From: TPA_inf: Saccharomyces
Lineage: Eukaryota
Assembly (NCBI GenBank): GCA_000146045.2
Contig: BK006949.2
Location: 448,001-512,000 of the forward strand
Reading direction: 5' to 3'
Length of the DNA stretch: 64,000 nt
Both the position numbers and the translations under genes were made by a program. Each line of letters starts with the position of its first letter. Position 1 is the first letter of the stretch. The notes under the pieces are model-generated. The model saw only the letters and a list, made by a program, of their open reading frames with translations, searched no databases and had not been told where the DNA came from. Positions 51,665 through 64,000 of this stretch are shown here, in pieces.

Positions 51665-52402
51665 ATGGCATGTACTAATGATGGTCCTAATAAATATCCC
51701 GAAATTGTGAGTGTTAAGCACCTGTTCCAACATTCGGGATCCAAGCATGAATTTAGTGCTGGTAAACGATTTTCAAAATCCATTGGTAAAATATTCAAAC
51801 GAAACTCTGCTTTGAAAACTTCTAGAACTGAAACGGCAAATCATAAAATGGAATTGAAAAAAAGAGAGGGTGTTACCTTATTGCCACCTGTCCCAGAATC
51901 ATTATTACATAAACTCAATTCTTGGTTGGAAACTTTTTCTTCCACCAAGAACATGAAAATCGAAGAAAACAAAATTGTTATTAATGAAAAAGAGATTCGG
52001 GATTCAGTCTCTTACTACCCTGATAAGAATGGAGGAAGTGCTGTATTTTGTTACTTGCCCGACCTTGTGCTATATTATAAGCCGCCTATAAAAGTCACAG
52101 GCAAGCAATGTCCAATAAAGAGAAGTCCTTGGGAATCGATGGAAATCCAATATCAAAAGTTTATGTACCCCTTAGAAAGGTTGGAAAGACAGTTTGAGGA
52201 AGTTCCATTTAGGCCCTGGTATTTTGCAATGCGATTAAAGGAACTTTACAGATGCTGTGAAAGGTCTTTTACTAACGCGGCAAATAGAGGAAAGGCAAGG
52301 TTATTGCGGGGGAAGCAAAGGACGAAAAAATCGTATCATAAGACTGTCAACCTGGTATCAGCGAAGATTTCCACCCATTCAAATGCGCCGTCGCCGGGCT
52401 GA
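51665..52402 (+). CDS. SMA1: Spore membrane assembly protein
   Basis: The ORF is 245 aa from MACTNDG. It fits YPL027W. Confidence 0.75.
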   Translation: MACTNDGPNKYPEIVSVKHLFQHSGSKHEFSAGKRFSKSIGKIFKRNSALKTSRTETANHKMELKKREGVTLLPPVPESLLHKLNSWLETFSSTKNMKIEENKIVINEKEIRDSVSYYPDKNGGSAVFCYLPDLVLYYKPPIKVTGKQCPIKRSPWESMEIQYQKFMYPLERLERQFEEVPFRPWYFAMRLKELYRCCERSFTNAANRGKARLLRGKQRTKKSYHKTVNLVSAKISTHSNAPSPG

Positions 52403-52674
52403 GAAACAAAAAAAGTGACTAAGTTCTGTCATTCTATCATTATTGTAATTAGTTATGTAGGACATATATATCCATAGTGATCTCCTTTTGATCAAAGAAG
52501 ACACTGAAAAGTCGTAAGTTCGTAAAAAAAGTATGAAAATCGTTCCAGCCATTGCTTATAGCCATCCTAGTAGGATACTAGAAAAAAAACAAACCTCAAA
52601 GATAAAAAGAAAAGGTGAAGCTATTACCGAATTAGAACATAAGATAATACAGTGAGTATAAAGGTGAGACCTGC

Positions 52675-54183
52675 TCAATAATCTGGTAACCATTTCTCGT
52701 TTGGACCGTCTGTTAAAGTAGAAAAATTCATTTGTAAGCATAATAGCCTATTTCTTAATGTATCTTGTTGGAATTTGCAATCTTTGGAAGCACTAACGTC
52801 ATCGATATCAGATTGGTAAGGTGTACTGTCCATTGAGGAAGTTAAAAAGGTACTATTATTGTGGTTGTTAGTGTATTCATACTTTTCCATACTTCCGTCA
52901 CTATTATACGTTGATGGAATATCACTCTCCGGTTCAGCATCTTCCTCTTCTTGCTGCTGTTGTGCTTGTTCCTGGTTTTGTATTTGTTCTTGTTTTTGTT
53001 CCTGTTCTTGTTCTTGGACTTGCTGTTGTTGTTGTTGCTGTTGTTGTTGTTGTTCTTGGTCTGCAGAAAAATGTGATAAATCGCTCAAAAATAGGTTTTC
53101 ATTCCTTATAATATGCGTCATGTAAACTTCGCTCGATAGGATTGGAACTTGAGACAAGGGCCCTTCCCTGGTGAAAGAAGTAAGAGAGGAAACTTCGGAC
53201 ATCAAAGTTTTCATGTCTATTCTTGTGTATGGATTTAGTTGTAGAATTTTCGTCAACACTGTGAACAGCTCATCTGATATAGGAAGGATTTTCTTCAGGA
53301 CATTATTATCGTTAGCAAAATGTTGAAATGTGTTATCCTCCTTCTGGTGAGCTTTTAACCATGGGTTTCTTATGCAAGTTAAATTAATTAGGATGATGCC
53401 TAGAGACCATATATCTCCTGTATCCGTAGGGAGGCTCGAACAGCATTCGTCGACGTGTATGCCGTTGGTGGTGGTATTCAAACAATACAATATTCTTTCT
53501 GGAGCCATATAATATGAACTGCCAACGCACACATTTGGAGCTAGATATTTAGATTTAGTGGAAAGCCCGAAATCGCAAAGATAAGCGTTGTCATTGCGAT
53601 CCAGTAGGACATTTTCAGGTTTGATATCACAATGATATATACCGAGACGATGACAGTGATCTAATGCGGAGCAAAGCTGCAGAAAAACTTTCTTAATCAA
53701 AATACCATGATTTACAAAATGCTTATCGTCAACTATCGAGGTGAAAAGGTCCCTGTCGTAATAATCCATCACTATAAAAGTGGCAATAGAAGATTCTAAA
53801 ACTTGGTGAATCTTCACGATATTGCCGTGAGACTGCACTCTTAGTTGGAAGGCAATCTCCCTGTAGTGTGGTAGCCTATTTAGTTCATTCTCAGTCAACT
53901 GTAATATCGAGTCTAGATCAACGGAAGGTAAGAACAATTTTTTTTGGAAACTTTTGAAAAAATGATACAGTTGCGTTTGCAGAAGAGTGGTTCGCGCCAC
54001 TTGAGAGTTGTTGTTCAAACCGTTCTTATTATAAAACTCATCCATCGAGGAGGATTTGAAGACCGTTTTCACTGCATATTCACGGCTCGTCAGTATATCC
54101 ACCACATGGAACACTAGTCCATACGCACCCGACCCTATTTGAGCCGTTATTCTGAAATTGTTCAGCAAGCAGTCTGACAGCAT
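52675..54183 (-). CDS. SKS1: Ser/Thr protein kinase involved in glucose signalling
   Basis: The 502-aa ORF has a kinase domain (HCDIKPENVLL, DFGLS) and a C-terminal poly-Q encoded by a CAA/CAG repeat. Confidence 0.88.
   Translation of the reverse strand: MLSDCLLNNFRITAQIGSGAYGLVFHVVDILTSREYAVKTVFKSSSMDEFYNKNGLNNNSQVARTTLLQTQLYHFFKSFQKKLFLPSVDLDSILQLTENELNRLPHYREIAFQLRVQSHGNIVKIHQVLESSIATFIVMDYYDRDLFTSIVDDKHFVNHGILIKKVFLQLCSALDHCHRLGIYHCDIKPENVLLDRNDNAYLCDFGLSTKSKYLAPNVCVGSSYYMAPERILYCLNTTTNGIHVDECCSSLPTDTGDIWSLGIILINLTCIRNPWLKAHQKEDNTFQHFANDNNVLKKILPISDELFTVLTKILQLNPYTRIDMKTLMSEVSSLTSFTREGPLSQVPILSSEVYMTHIIRNENLFLSDLSHFSADQEQQQQQQQQQQQVQEQEQEQKQEQIQNQEQAQQQQEEEDAEPESDIPSTYNSDGSMEKYEYTNNHNNSTFLTSSMDSTPYQSDIDDVSASKDCKFQQDTLRNRLLCLQMNFSTLTDGPNEKWLPDY
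52950..53065 (-). repeat. SKS1: CAA/CAG trinucleotide repeat encoding poly-Q/E (EQQQQQQQQQQQVQEQEQEQ...) inside SKS1
   Basis: The plus strand shows (TTG/CTG)n runs, e.g. ttgctgttgttgttgctgttgttgttgttgttc. Confidence 0.9.
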
Positions 54184-54679
54184 TTGTACACAAAATTTCT
54201 TGTCTGTGTTCTTATTTGATGTTTTCTTTTAAAGAGTTTTGTTTCCGCTAGGGCGATTTAAGTCAATAAGTAAATTTAACAATTTACTAAATATATTTTG
54301 TATAATATATAAGAATATACGCCTTAAGAATGTCCTCTCATGCGAAAAAGGTAGCAAGAGCATAAAAAGGAAAAAGAAAACGCTATAGTCATTTGTAGGC
54401 TCTTGTCTTTCTTCGTCTTCGTCCCGTGAGTGCGGACTCAGAAAACACCGCAATGATGTGGGTCCGGAATATCTATTGCACAGTTTTAGTAGGGTCACCG
54501 ATATCGTTAAGGTTTGTGGTAGGAACAGAAGGTACTGCCGGCCCTGTATACTGCCCTTTTGTTCCGACCATTTCTTTTTTGCATTTGTCCCAAGATTCTC
54601 TCTCCCCACAAAATCTGCTCAAGTATCTGTCCAACGCGCTTTCTTCGGCTGATAGATAAGTTCCGATTTCGTGGGAAGC

Positions 54680-54704
54680 AAAAAAAAAAAAAAAAAGAAA
54701 AAAA
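54680..54704. repeat. Poly(dA) tract, A17 then g then A7
   Basis: The sequence reads aaaaaaaaaaaaaaaaagaaaaaaa. Confidence 0.9.
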
Positions 54705-55385
54705 GAGTCTGTCCGAGAAATGTCCCGGAAAACGTGGGTGTGCGGTGAGGAGATTGTACTTCCATCCCACATTCCTCGTGTTTGATTGGCTGCAAGCCAC
54801 TTGATGCCTAGAAAAGAAACACCGCGTGGTGCATCTATGTCCATATCACGCGCGCTAAAACAGCATGTAGAGAGCGCGAGGGCGGCGTACTGCACCATTC
54901 TAATAGGAAATCCGGGATGAATGCCCTCTCCGGAAATACCTCCACTAAGCCTCAATGGAAAGTTGTTCCGCTCACGCGAACAGGTTTTTCCGGGGAGTCG
55001 AGAACTACAGTGACGTAAATACGACGACATCGCTAGAGCCAGCAGAAGCCTCCATACATTCAGACTAATTAGTTGACGGGCTTGAGCCAACTAGACATAT
55101 TATGTAGGCACATATGCTCCAACCAATACATATGTGTACATAGAGTACAGCTCTTCCCAGCGCATCCGCTATCGTCCTCTTGACAGGTCCGGCTATTTAT
55201 TATCCGCGGCATCCGCGGCCCAGCGCACAATAATAGATTACTTTGCAATGCAAGCGGTCTTGGCTGTTTGCTCTGAGGGTCCATCTTCGTTTATTTCTTT
55301 ATTTACTAAATTAATTATGATACTGCACTCAGGACGGGCCAAGAAAGCATGTAGCGTGAAGAGAAACTAATTATTAAGAAAAAAG

Positions 55386-55408
55386 AAAAAAAAAAAAAAA
55401 AAAAAAAA
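55386..55408. repeat. Poly(dA:dT) tract, A23, about 110 bp upstream of the RMI1 ATG
   Basis: A homopolymer of 23 A. Confidence 0.9.
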
Positions 55409-55516
55409 GAAAAGGAAAAAGGAAAAAGATAAACCAATCATACAATCTTTACAGAAAGGGAGTACTGAGAAGAAGGCCAAAATACTGCAGAGCATACATA
55501 CTACCGAGTGGATGGA

Positions 55517-56242
55517 ATGTCTTTTTCATCTATCTTATCACAGGATATCACAGATGACATTACACCACCAGCGTATTCCGCCACCTTGGGGTCGAGAGAA
55601 CAGATTGTTTTCAGAGCTTACCAAAATGAACCTTGGTTGGCTGGTACTGCTTCGAATCTTATCTTAGATAAAAAACTTGTTATTGTAGACAGAGAACTGT
55701 TGTTCCAGGTGTTGATGGTAGAGAATATCACCAAATCCAAGCTAACACAGATCGATGATATAAAAACCAAGCTGGATCCGAAAAAACAGAAAGTGGATAG
55801 ACTACGATCAGGCGCGCAAGGAAATGGCGCTAAGAAGTACGAGGTCATCACTCAAGTGGACATGGAAGATGACGGGAATGTGGCGGATAACAACTGCGCC
55901 AAGGAAAATAATAGCAACAATAATAGCAGTGCCGCCAAGAATAAAGCAGTGTTTAAATTGACACTACAAAGTAAGTCGGGCGACGTTTTTTTTGCTATCA
56001 ACTCGACTCCAATATCTTGGAGCTCTTGCATGCTGGGTTCTAAAATTGTGATACTGCCGGGAACTGTGTTCAATAGGGGCGTTTTCATATTGAAGGACTC
56101 ACAAGTCATTTTTCTCGGCGGCATTAATAGAGTTTGGAATGAAAATAGAGATCAGAAATTTTGTGATTATTTGGAATCTAAATTACAACGTGACAAACAA
56201 CTTGTAAATGGCGGCTCCAAGAAAAGGAAAGCCAATGATTAG
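55517..56242 (+). CDS. RMI1: RecQ-mediated genome instability protein (Sgs1-Top3-Rmi1 complex)
   Basis: The ORF is 241 aa from MSFSSILS. It has an OB-fold-like region. It fits YPL024W. Confidence 0.8.
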   Translation: MSFSSILSQDITDDITPPAYSATLGSREQIVFRAYQNEPWLAGTASNLILDKKLVIVDRELLFQVLMVENITKSKLTQIDDIKTKLDPKKQKVDRLRSGAQGNGAKKYEVITQVDMEDDGNVADNNCAKENNSNNNSSAAKNKAVFKLTLQSKSGDVFFAINSTPISWSSCMLGSKIVILPGTVFNRGVFILKDSQVIFLGGINRVWNENRDQKFCDYLESKLQRDKQLVNGGSKKRKAND

Positions 56243-56338
56243 CATATGCCTCTTCTTCTTAGAAGGGCGTTCTGCCCGTTATGTATACGTTAAATATTAC
56301 ATTATTTTCGCATTTTTGTATTTATATTCAGTGAAATA

Positions 56339-58327
<1,989 letters not shown>

Positions 58328-58696
58328 TCAACCTGTCCCGTCCAACACGCTTCAAAAAATGTACGAACTTGAAACAAAATAGATGATGTGAGAGCTTAAG
58401 TCCCTCTTCCAATGTAACCAACAACCTGAAGTGTTCTCTGTTTGCCTTTATTTTGCGACTTTTCTTCATCATTGAAGTTAGAAAAAGCTTTACTCGCTTA
58501 TCTCCTGGAGTAAGCTATAGCCACAGTCAATATCGCGTCTAATGAAAAAAAAAAGTCGGGACGAGTAAACTTTTGTCTGCGTGGCGCATAGGAGAGGAGA
58601 GAGCACAGGTGTACTGGAGGGTTCAGGACGTTGGTAGAGCATTTGCTAAATGTGTAAAAATAATATTGCACTATCCTGTTGAAAATATCTTTCCAG

Positions 58697-61600
58697 ATGT
58701 CTCAGTTATTTTATCAGGGCGACTCTGATGATGAGCTCCAGGAGGAACTTACGAGGCAGACAACTCAAGCATCTCAAAGTTCTAAAATTAAAAATGAAGA
58801 TGAACCCGACGACTCCAATCATCTTAATGAGGTGGAAAATGAAGATAGCAAAGTTTTAGATGACGATGCAGTGTTATACCCTCTTATACCTAATGAGCCA
58901 GATGACATAGAAACGTCTAAGCCCAATATTAACGATATTAGGCCAGTTGATATTCAATTGACTTTACCATTGCCGTTTCAGCAAAAAGTGGTAGAGAATT
59001 CATTAATTACTGAAGATGCATTAATCATAATGGGGAAAGGACTAGGATTGCTTGATATTGTGGCCAATTTATTGCATGTTTTAGCTACACCAACATCCAT
59101 TAACGGACAACTAAAGCGAGCGCTCGTCCTAGTGTTGAATGCAAAACCTATAGATAATGTAAGAATCAAGGAGGCCTTAGAAGAGCTGTCGTGGTTCTCT
59201 AATACTGGGAAGGACGACGACGATACTGCTGTCGAGAGCGATGATGAACTTTTTGAAAGGCCTTTTAACGTAGTTACCGCGGACTCGCTGAGCATTGAAA
59301 AGAGAAGAAAGCTATATATTTCTGGCGGAATCTTGAGCATTACTTCTAGAATTCTCATTGTGGATCTCTTATCCGGCATTGTTCACCCAAATAGGGTTAC
59401 GGGTATGCTGGTATTGAATGCAGACTCACTTCGACATAATTCGAATGAATCGTTTATATTAGAGATTTACAGGTCTAAAAATACTTGGGGTTTTATTAAA
59501 GCCTTTTCTGAAGCACCAGAGACGTTTGTCATGGAATTTTCACCCCTCAGGACGAAAATGAAAGAATTACGGCTAAAGAACGTTTTGCTATGGCCGAGGT
59601 TCAGGGTAGAGGTCTCTTCCTGTTTGAATGCCACTAATAAGACGTCACACAATAAAGTCATTGAAGTCAAGGTCTCCTTAACAAATTCCATGTCTCAGAT
59701 ACAGTTTGGCTTGATGGAATGTTTGAAAAAATGTATTGCTGAGTTAAGCAGAAAAAATCCTGAACTAGCTCTGGACTGGTGGAATATGGAAAATGTCCTG
59801 GATATAAACTTTATCAGGTCAATTGACTCGGTGATGGTGCCGAACTGGCACCGAATTTCTTATGAATCAAAACAACTGGTTAAGGATATAAGATTCCTAC
59901 GCCACCTTTTAAAGATGCTCGTAACTTCAGACGCAGTTGACTTTTTTGGAGAGATTCAATTAAGTTTGGATGCCAATAAACCGTCAGTATCCCGAAAATA
60001 CAGCGAATCACCGTGGCTATTGGTCGATGAGGCACAATTAGTCATATCGTATGCGAAGAAAAGAATATTTTACAAAAATGAATATACTTTAGAAGAAAAT
60101 CCAAAATGGGAACAACTTATTCATATATTACATGATATTTCACATGAGAGAATGACCAATCACCTTCAGGGGCCTACTTTAGTTGCCTGTTCCGACAACC
60201 TTACATGTTTAGAACTAGCAAAGGTCTTGAATGCCTCAAACAAAAAAAGAGGAGTACGTCAAGTGCTTCTGAATAAATTGAAATGGTACAGAAAACAGAG
60301 GGAGGAAACGAAAAAATTGGTCAAAGAAGTGCAAAGTCAGGACACTTTTCCAGAGAATGCAACATTAAATGTAAGCTCGACATTTTCCAAAGAACAAGTG
60401 ACCACGAAAAGAAGAAGGACAAGAGGTGCTTCACAAGTTGCGGCCGTTGAAAAGCTAAGGAATGCAGGTACCAATGTAGATATGGAGGTGGTTTTTGAGG
60501 ATCATAAGTTATCTGAAGAAATTAAGAAGGGAAGCGGTGATGATTTGGATGACGGTCAGGAAGAAAATGCCGCAAACGATTCAAAGATTTTTGAAATACA
60601 AGAACAGGAAAATGAAATCCTTATCGATGATGGGGATGCTGAATTTGACAACGGAGAATTAGAGTATGTGGGCGACCTTCCGCAGCACATCACAACCCAT
60701 TTCAATAAGGATTTATGGGCAGAACATTGCAACGAGTATGAATATGTTGATCGTCAGGACGAAATTTTAATCTCTACGTTTAAAAGTCTCAATGACAATT
60801 GCTCATTGCAGGAGATGATGCCCTCTTACATTATAATGTTTGAACCAGATATATCGTTTATCAGGCAGATTGAAGTTTATAAGGCCATAGTGAAGGATTT
60901 GCAACCAAAAGTATACTTCATGTACTACGGTGAAAGTATTGAAGAGCAAAGTCATTTGACTGCTATCAAGAGAGAGAAAGATGCTTTCACAAAGTTGATT
61001 AGAGAGAATGCAAATCTGTCCCATCACTTTGAAACGAATGAAGATCTTTCTCACTACAAAAATTTAGCTGAAAGGAAGTTGAAGCTTTCAAAATTACGAA
61101 AATCTAATACCAGAAATGCGGGTGGGCAGCAGGGATTCCATAATCTTACTCAGGATGTCGTCATTGTGGATACACGTGAGTTTAATGCCTCATTACCAGG
61201 CTTACTCTACCGATATGGCATAAGGGTTATTCCTTGTATGTTGACAGTCGGCGATTATGTGATAACTCCTGATATTTGTCTCGAAAGAAAATCGATTTCT
61301 GACTTAATTGGGTCATTACAGAATAACAGATTAGCCAACCAATGTAAAAAAATGTTAAAATACTATGCATATCCGACACTATTGATTGAGTTTGATGAAG
61401 GACAGTCGTTTTCTTTAGAACCTTTTAGTGAACGTAGAAATTATAAGAATAAAGACATATCAACTGTTCATCCTATATCAAGCAAGTTATCCCAGGATGA
61501 AATTCAGCTAAAACTAGCCAAATTAGTATTGCGGTTTCCCACTTTAAAGATTATATGGTCTTCCTCACCCCTGCAAACTGTAAATATAATCCTAGAGTTG

Positions 61601-61999
61601 AAATTAGGACGTGAGCAACCTGACCCTAGTAATGCAGTTATATTGGGAACGAATAAAGTTAGATCGGATTTTAATAGCACTGCAAAGGGCCTGAAGGATG
61701 GTGATAACGAGTCTAAATTCAAGAGACTGTTGAATGTTCCTGGAGTGTCAAAAATTGATTATTTCAATCTCCGCAAAAAGATCAAGAGCTTCAATAAGCT
61801 TCAAAAGCTTTCATGGAATGAGATTAATGAACTTATTAATGACGAAGATTTGACGGATAGAATATACTACTTCTTGAGAACAGAAAAAGAAGAACAAGAA
61901 CAAGAGTCAACAGATGAAAATCTTGAATCTCCTGGTAAGACCACTGATGATAACGCTTTACATGATCATCATAATGATGTTCCTGAAGCACCTGTGTAA
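58697..61999 (+). CDS. RAD1: XPF-family structure-specific endonuclease (NER 5' incision, with Rad10)
   Basis: The ORF is 1100 aa from MSQLFYQG. It has the ERCC4 nuclease motif ...VITPDICLERKSISDLIGS... and a helicase-like N-terminal region. Confidence 0.92.
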   Translation: MSQLFYQGDSDDELQEELTRQTTQASQSSKIKNEDEPDDSNHLNEVENEDSKVLDDDAVLYPLIPNEPDDIETSKPNINDIRPVDIQLTLPLPFQQKVVENSLITEDALIIMGKGLGLLDIVANLLHVLATPTSINGQLKRALVLVLNAKPIDNVRIKEALEELSWFSNTGKDDDDTAVESDDELFERPFNVVTADSLSIEKRRKLYISGGILSITSRILIVDLLSGIVHPNRVTGMLVLNADSLRHNSNESFILEIYRSKNTWGFIKAFSEAPETFVMEFSPLRTKMKELRLKNVLLWPRFRVEVSSCLNATNKTSHNKVIEVKVSLTNSMSQIQFGLMECLKKCIAELSRKNPELALDWWNMENVLDINFIRSIDSVMVPNWHRISYESKQLVKDIRFLRHLLKMLVTSDAVDFFGEIQLSLDANKPSVSRKYSESPWLLVDEAQLVISYAKKRIFYKNEYTLEENPKWEQLIHILHDISHERMTNHLQGPTLVACSDNLTCLELAKVLNASNKKRGVRQVLLNKLKWYRKQREETKKLVKEVQSQDTFPENATLNVSSTFSKEQVTTKRRRTRGASQVAAVEKLRNAGTNVDMEVVFEDHKLSEEIKKGSGDDLDDGQEENAANDSKIFEIQEQENEILIDDGDAEFDNGELEYVGDLPQHITTHFNKDLWAEHCNEYEYVDRQDEILISTFKSLNDNCSLQEMMPSYIIMFEPDISFIRQIEVYKAIVKDLQPKVYFMYYGESIEEQSHLTAIKREKDAFTKLIRENANLSHHFETNEDLSHYKNLAERKLKLSKLRKSNTRNAGGQQGFHNLTQDVVIVDTREFNASLPGLLYRYGIRVIPCMLTVGDYVITPDICLERKSISDLIGSLQNNRLANQCKKMLKYYAYPTLLIEFDEGQSFSLEPFSERRNYKNKDISTVHPISSKLSQDEIQLKLAKLVLRFPTLKIIWSSSPLQTVNIILELKLGREQPDPSNAVILGTNKVRSDFNSTAKGLKDGDNESKFKRLLNVPGVSKIDYFNLRKKIKSFNKLQKLSWNEINELINDEDLTDRIYYFLRTEKEEQEQESTDENLESPGKTTDDNALHDHHNDVPEAPV

Positions 62000-63100
62000 A
62001 ATATTGTTTAATTTAACGAACCCTGTTAAAACATCAGTATAAAATGCGATTAACTATAGTGAAAATAACAATATTCATTTGGTGACTTCGACCGTATATG
62101 TTATAAGTTAGACATGCTCTTTGAATCTTTTACTTTGATATTTTATTCCGCATATATATTCTTTTTTTCGCGTTCATAGTTTATTCACTCAAATTTTTCA
62201 TATCATCCGCAATTCATCTTCCACTTTTTAGCAGTAAAAATGACCAAATGAAGTTCATTTATTTTTGATTTTTTAACCGTATTTGGTGGAATCTGAGCGT
62301 GGCATTAGTGAATCATTTTAAGCCAAATTACCCGTGAGTTTTTCTTAGAAGCGCACAATCATATTCATTATTAATAAATGCTTCAAATTCATCCTCTTGA
62401 ATAAGGTCCAGAAATAATTTTGTCTCTTTTCCATTACCTATGTGGGTAAAAATTTTCTTTTGCGACTAAGATTCAAGAGACCAAGTTTCTTTTCCACAAC
62501 GATATATAATAAACCAAATGGTACAAAGTAGGAAACAACAAATAAGGAAAGCTTTTTCTTAAGTAGATTTGTATATTTATCCAAGAATGAACGATGTGTC
62601 TCGTAAACAGTAATTCCTTTTAAATTTTATATTTCTTCTATTTTCTGAACTTTTTTACTTAAGAAAAAATTTGGAAATCATTACCTGTAGGATGGCTTAG
62701 CTCTGATAATCAACCTACCAAAGTAGTTTGCAGTTATGTGCACTTTTCCCTTCATGTTAACATTATTCGGGCCGGTCTATTGTTAAATAATTAAGGGTCC
62801 ATTTTAGGCACGGCGGATTCACAGAAAACCACGCAGTGCTCAACGTCATATACCACAAAATCCGTTTTCGTATTAAAAGTGAATGTGTCAGTAAAAGGCA
62901 TTCTTTTTAGCGTTCATTATTTCCTTTAATATGATGTACCAATCTGTCCACTGCCTATGTAAACTTAAAAGGGAGGCATTTATGACTTGAGATTTGGTTA
63001 AATTACCAATATCTCAAGGGTAACAATATTTGCTATACTGGTCATCTAGAATAAAAATACTGCGTTGTAGTGCTGAGTGATAGAACTTTTAAATCATATT

Positions 63101-63664
63101 ATGTTATATAACAAAGAGCAGGGAACAAGCGGCGCTAGTAGCTCTGGTCGTAGAACGAAATTCCACTTCGATCGTTTTGTACAAATGGTTCTGTTCATTG
63201 CCGCTAATCCCAATTATTGCTGTTCAGTAGCCAGTATCCCGAAATCTGGTGTCACGCCAGATTTAAAAAGAGCAGATATTCTTGAACAGAAGATCAAAAG
63301 CTTAAATAGTGCGCTGAGTCCAAAATTGAAGGAAGAAAGTCGTCTTGGTGGGCCTTTGCATAACCCCTCTATTCTACCAGCCCCATCTTTTTCATCACTA
63401 CCAATATCATCCAATGGAAAGAAATCTTTAGCAGGATATAGACCTAAAAGTAGGAAGAAACAAACTATACTCCCCAACGGTCAACCAAAAGAGTGCGCCA
63501 CTTGTGGTGACACCTGGACTTCTCAGTGGAGAAGTGGACCTAATGGAAATGTTGAGCTATGTAGTCGATGTGGCATAGCATATAGGAAAAAAATGGAGAA
63601 AAAAATACGATCGCAACAATCCTCCGATGATGGTACTAAAAATTTTATATTTAAAAATAAATAG
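63101..63664 (+). CDS. ECM23: GATA-type zinc-finger protein
   Basis: The ORF is 187 aa from MLYNKEQ. It has a C-x2-C-x17-C-x2-C GATA finger (CATCGDTWTSQWRSGPNGNVELCSRCG). Confidence 0.8.
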   Translation: MLYNKEQGTSGASSSGRRTKFHFDRFVQMVLFIAANPNYCCSVASIPKSGVTPDLKRADILEQKIKSLNSALSPKLKEESRLGGPLHNPSILPAPSFSSLPISSNGKKSLAGYRPKSRKKQTILPNGQPKECATCGDTWTSQWRSGPNGNVELCSRCGIAYRKKMEKKIRSQQSSDDGTKNFIFKNK

Positions 63665-64000
63665 TTAAGTAGTTTGTAAAGATGGTATATTCAGCGGATT
63701 CTTCCTCTATTTTTATGTTTTTTGAGATATTTCGAGCTTTCTATTTTTTTAAAATGCCTGAATTTCCATCTTCAAAAAAAACATAAAAAAGGTACTTTAC
63801 CACCAAATAAATGATAACCACAATTTACTTTACTTATCCTCCACTATCAAGTATCTTCCTACCAGGAAAAATGAATTTCAAATGATTCGAAATTTACGGA
63901 GGCTCAATATAGAGATAGTGTGACGATGTTCATAAGGGCTTTACCGCTTAGCACGTATCTACAGTTTTCACTCAATAATATATTCTCTAGGAATGATTGC

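Noticed and set aside
52859-53125. ORFs on the plus strand encoding poly-Cys and poly-Val peptides opposite the SKS1 poly-Q repeat
   Set aside because: They are an artefact of the CAG/CAA repeat read antisense and out of frame.

Overview
This window reads as Saccharomyces cerevisiae nuclear DNA from the left arm of chromosome XVI, covering roughly YPL058C (PDR12, N-terminal part only) through YPL021W (ECM23). I recognised this by reading the six-frame ORF translations; I cannot run a search. The anchors are a 947-aa P-type H+-ATPase (PMA2 rather than the 918-aa PMA1), a 1002-aa class-I isoleucyl-tRNA synthetase (ISM1), SSN3/CDK8, PHO85, NOP4, VPS16, ERG10, MET12, RAD1 and others, all in the chromosomal order I remember. 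The window is gene-dense, with about 35 protein-coding genes, short AT-rich intergenic regions and one spliceosomal intron. I could not identify any rRNA, tRNA, CRISPR array, Ty or LTR element, or prokaryote-style operon or defence system. The most notable things I can see directly are these. First, the OAZ1 antizyme gene is split across two overlapping frames at a GCG-UGA-C programmed +1 frameshift site. Second, PHO85 has a 17-nt first exon (MSSSSQ) and a 102-nt intron with canonical GUAUGU, UACUAAC and AG signals. Third, there are several coding and non-coding simple-sequence repeats: CAA/CAG poly-Q in SKS1, AQ and ST dipeptide repeats in SVL3 and DIG1, a (CA)12 run, poly(dA:dT) tracts of at least 17 nt, and a TG/GA-rich tract 3' of DIG1. 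Fourth, an unusually GC-rich, inverted-repeat-containing segment lies just upstream of ERG10. Several ORF-track entries are longer than the proteins I remember for those genes; I trimmed them to an internal Met where that reproduces the known protein length exactly. I found no evidence for a previously undescribed biological system. This looks like an ordinary, well-studied yeast core-chromosome region, and the findings below are modest.
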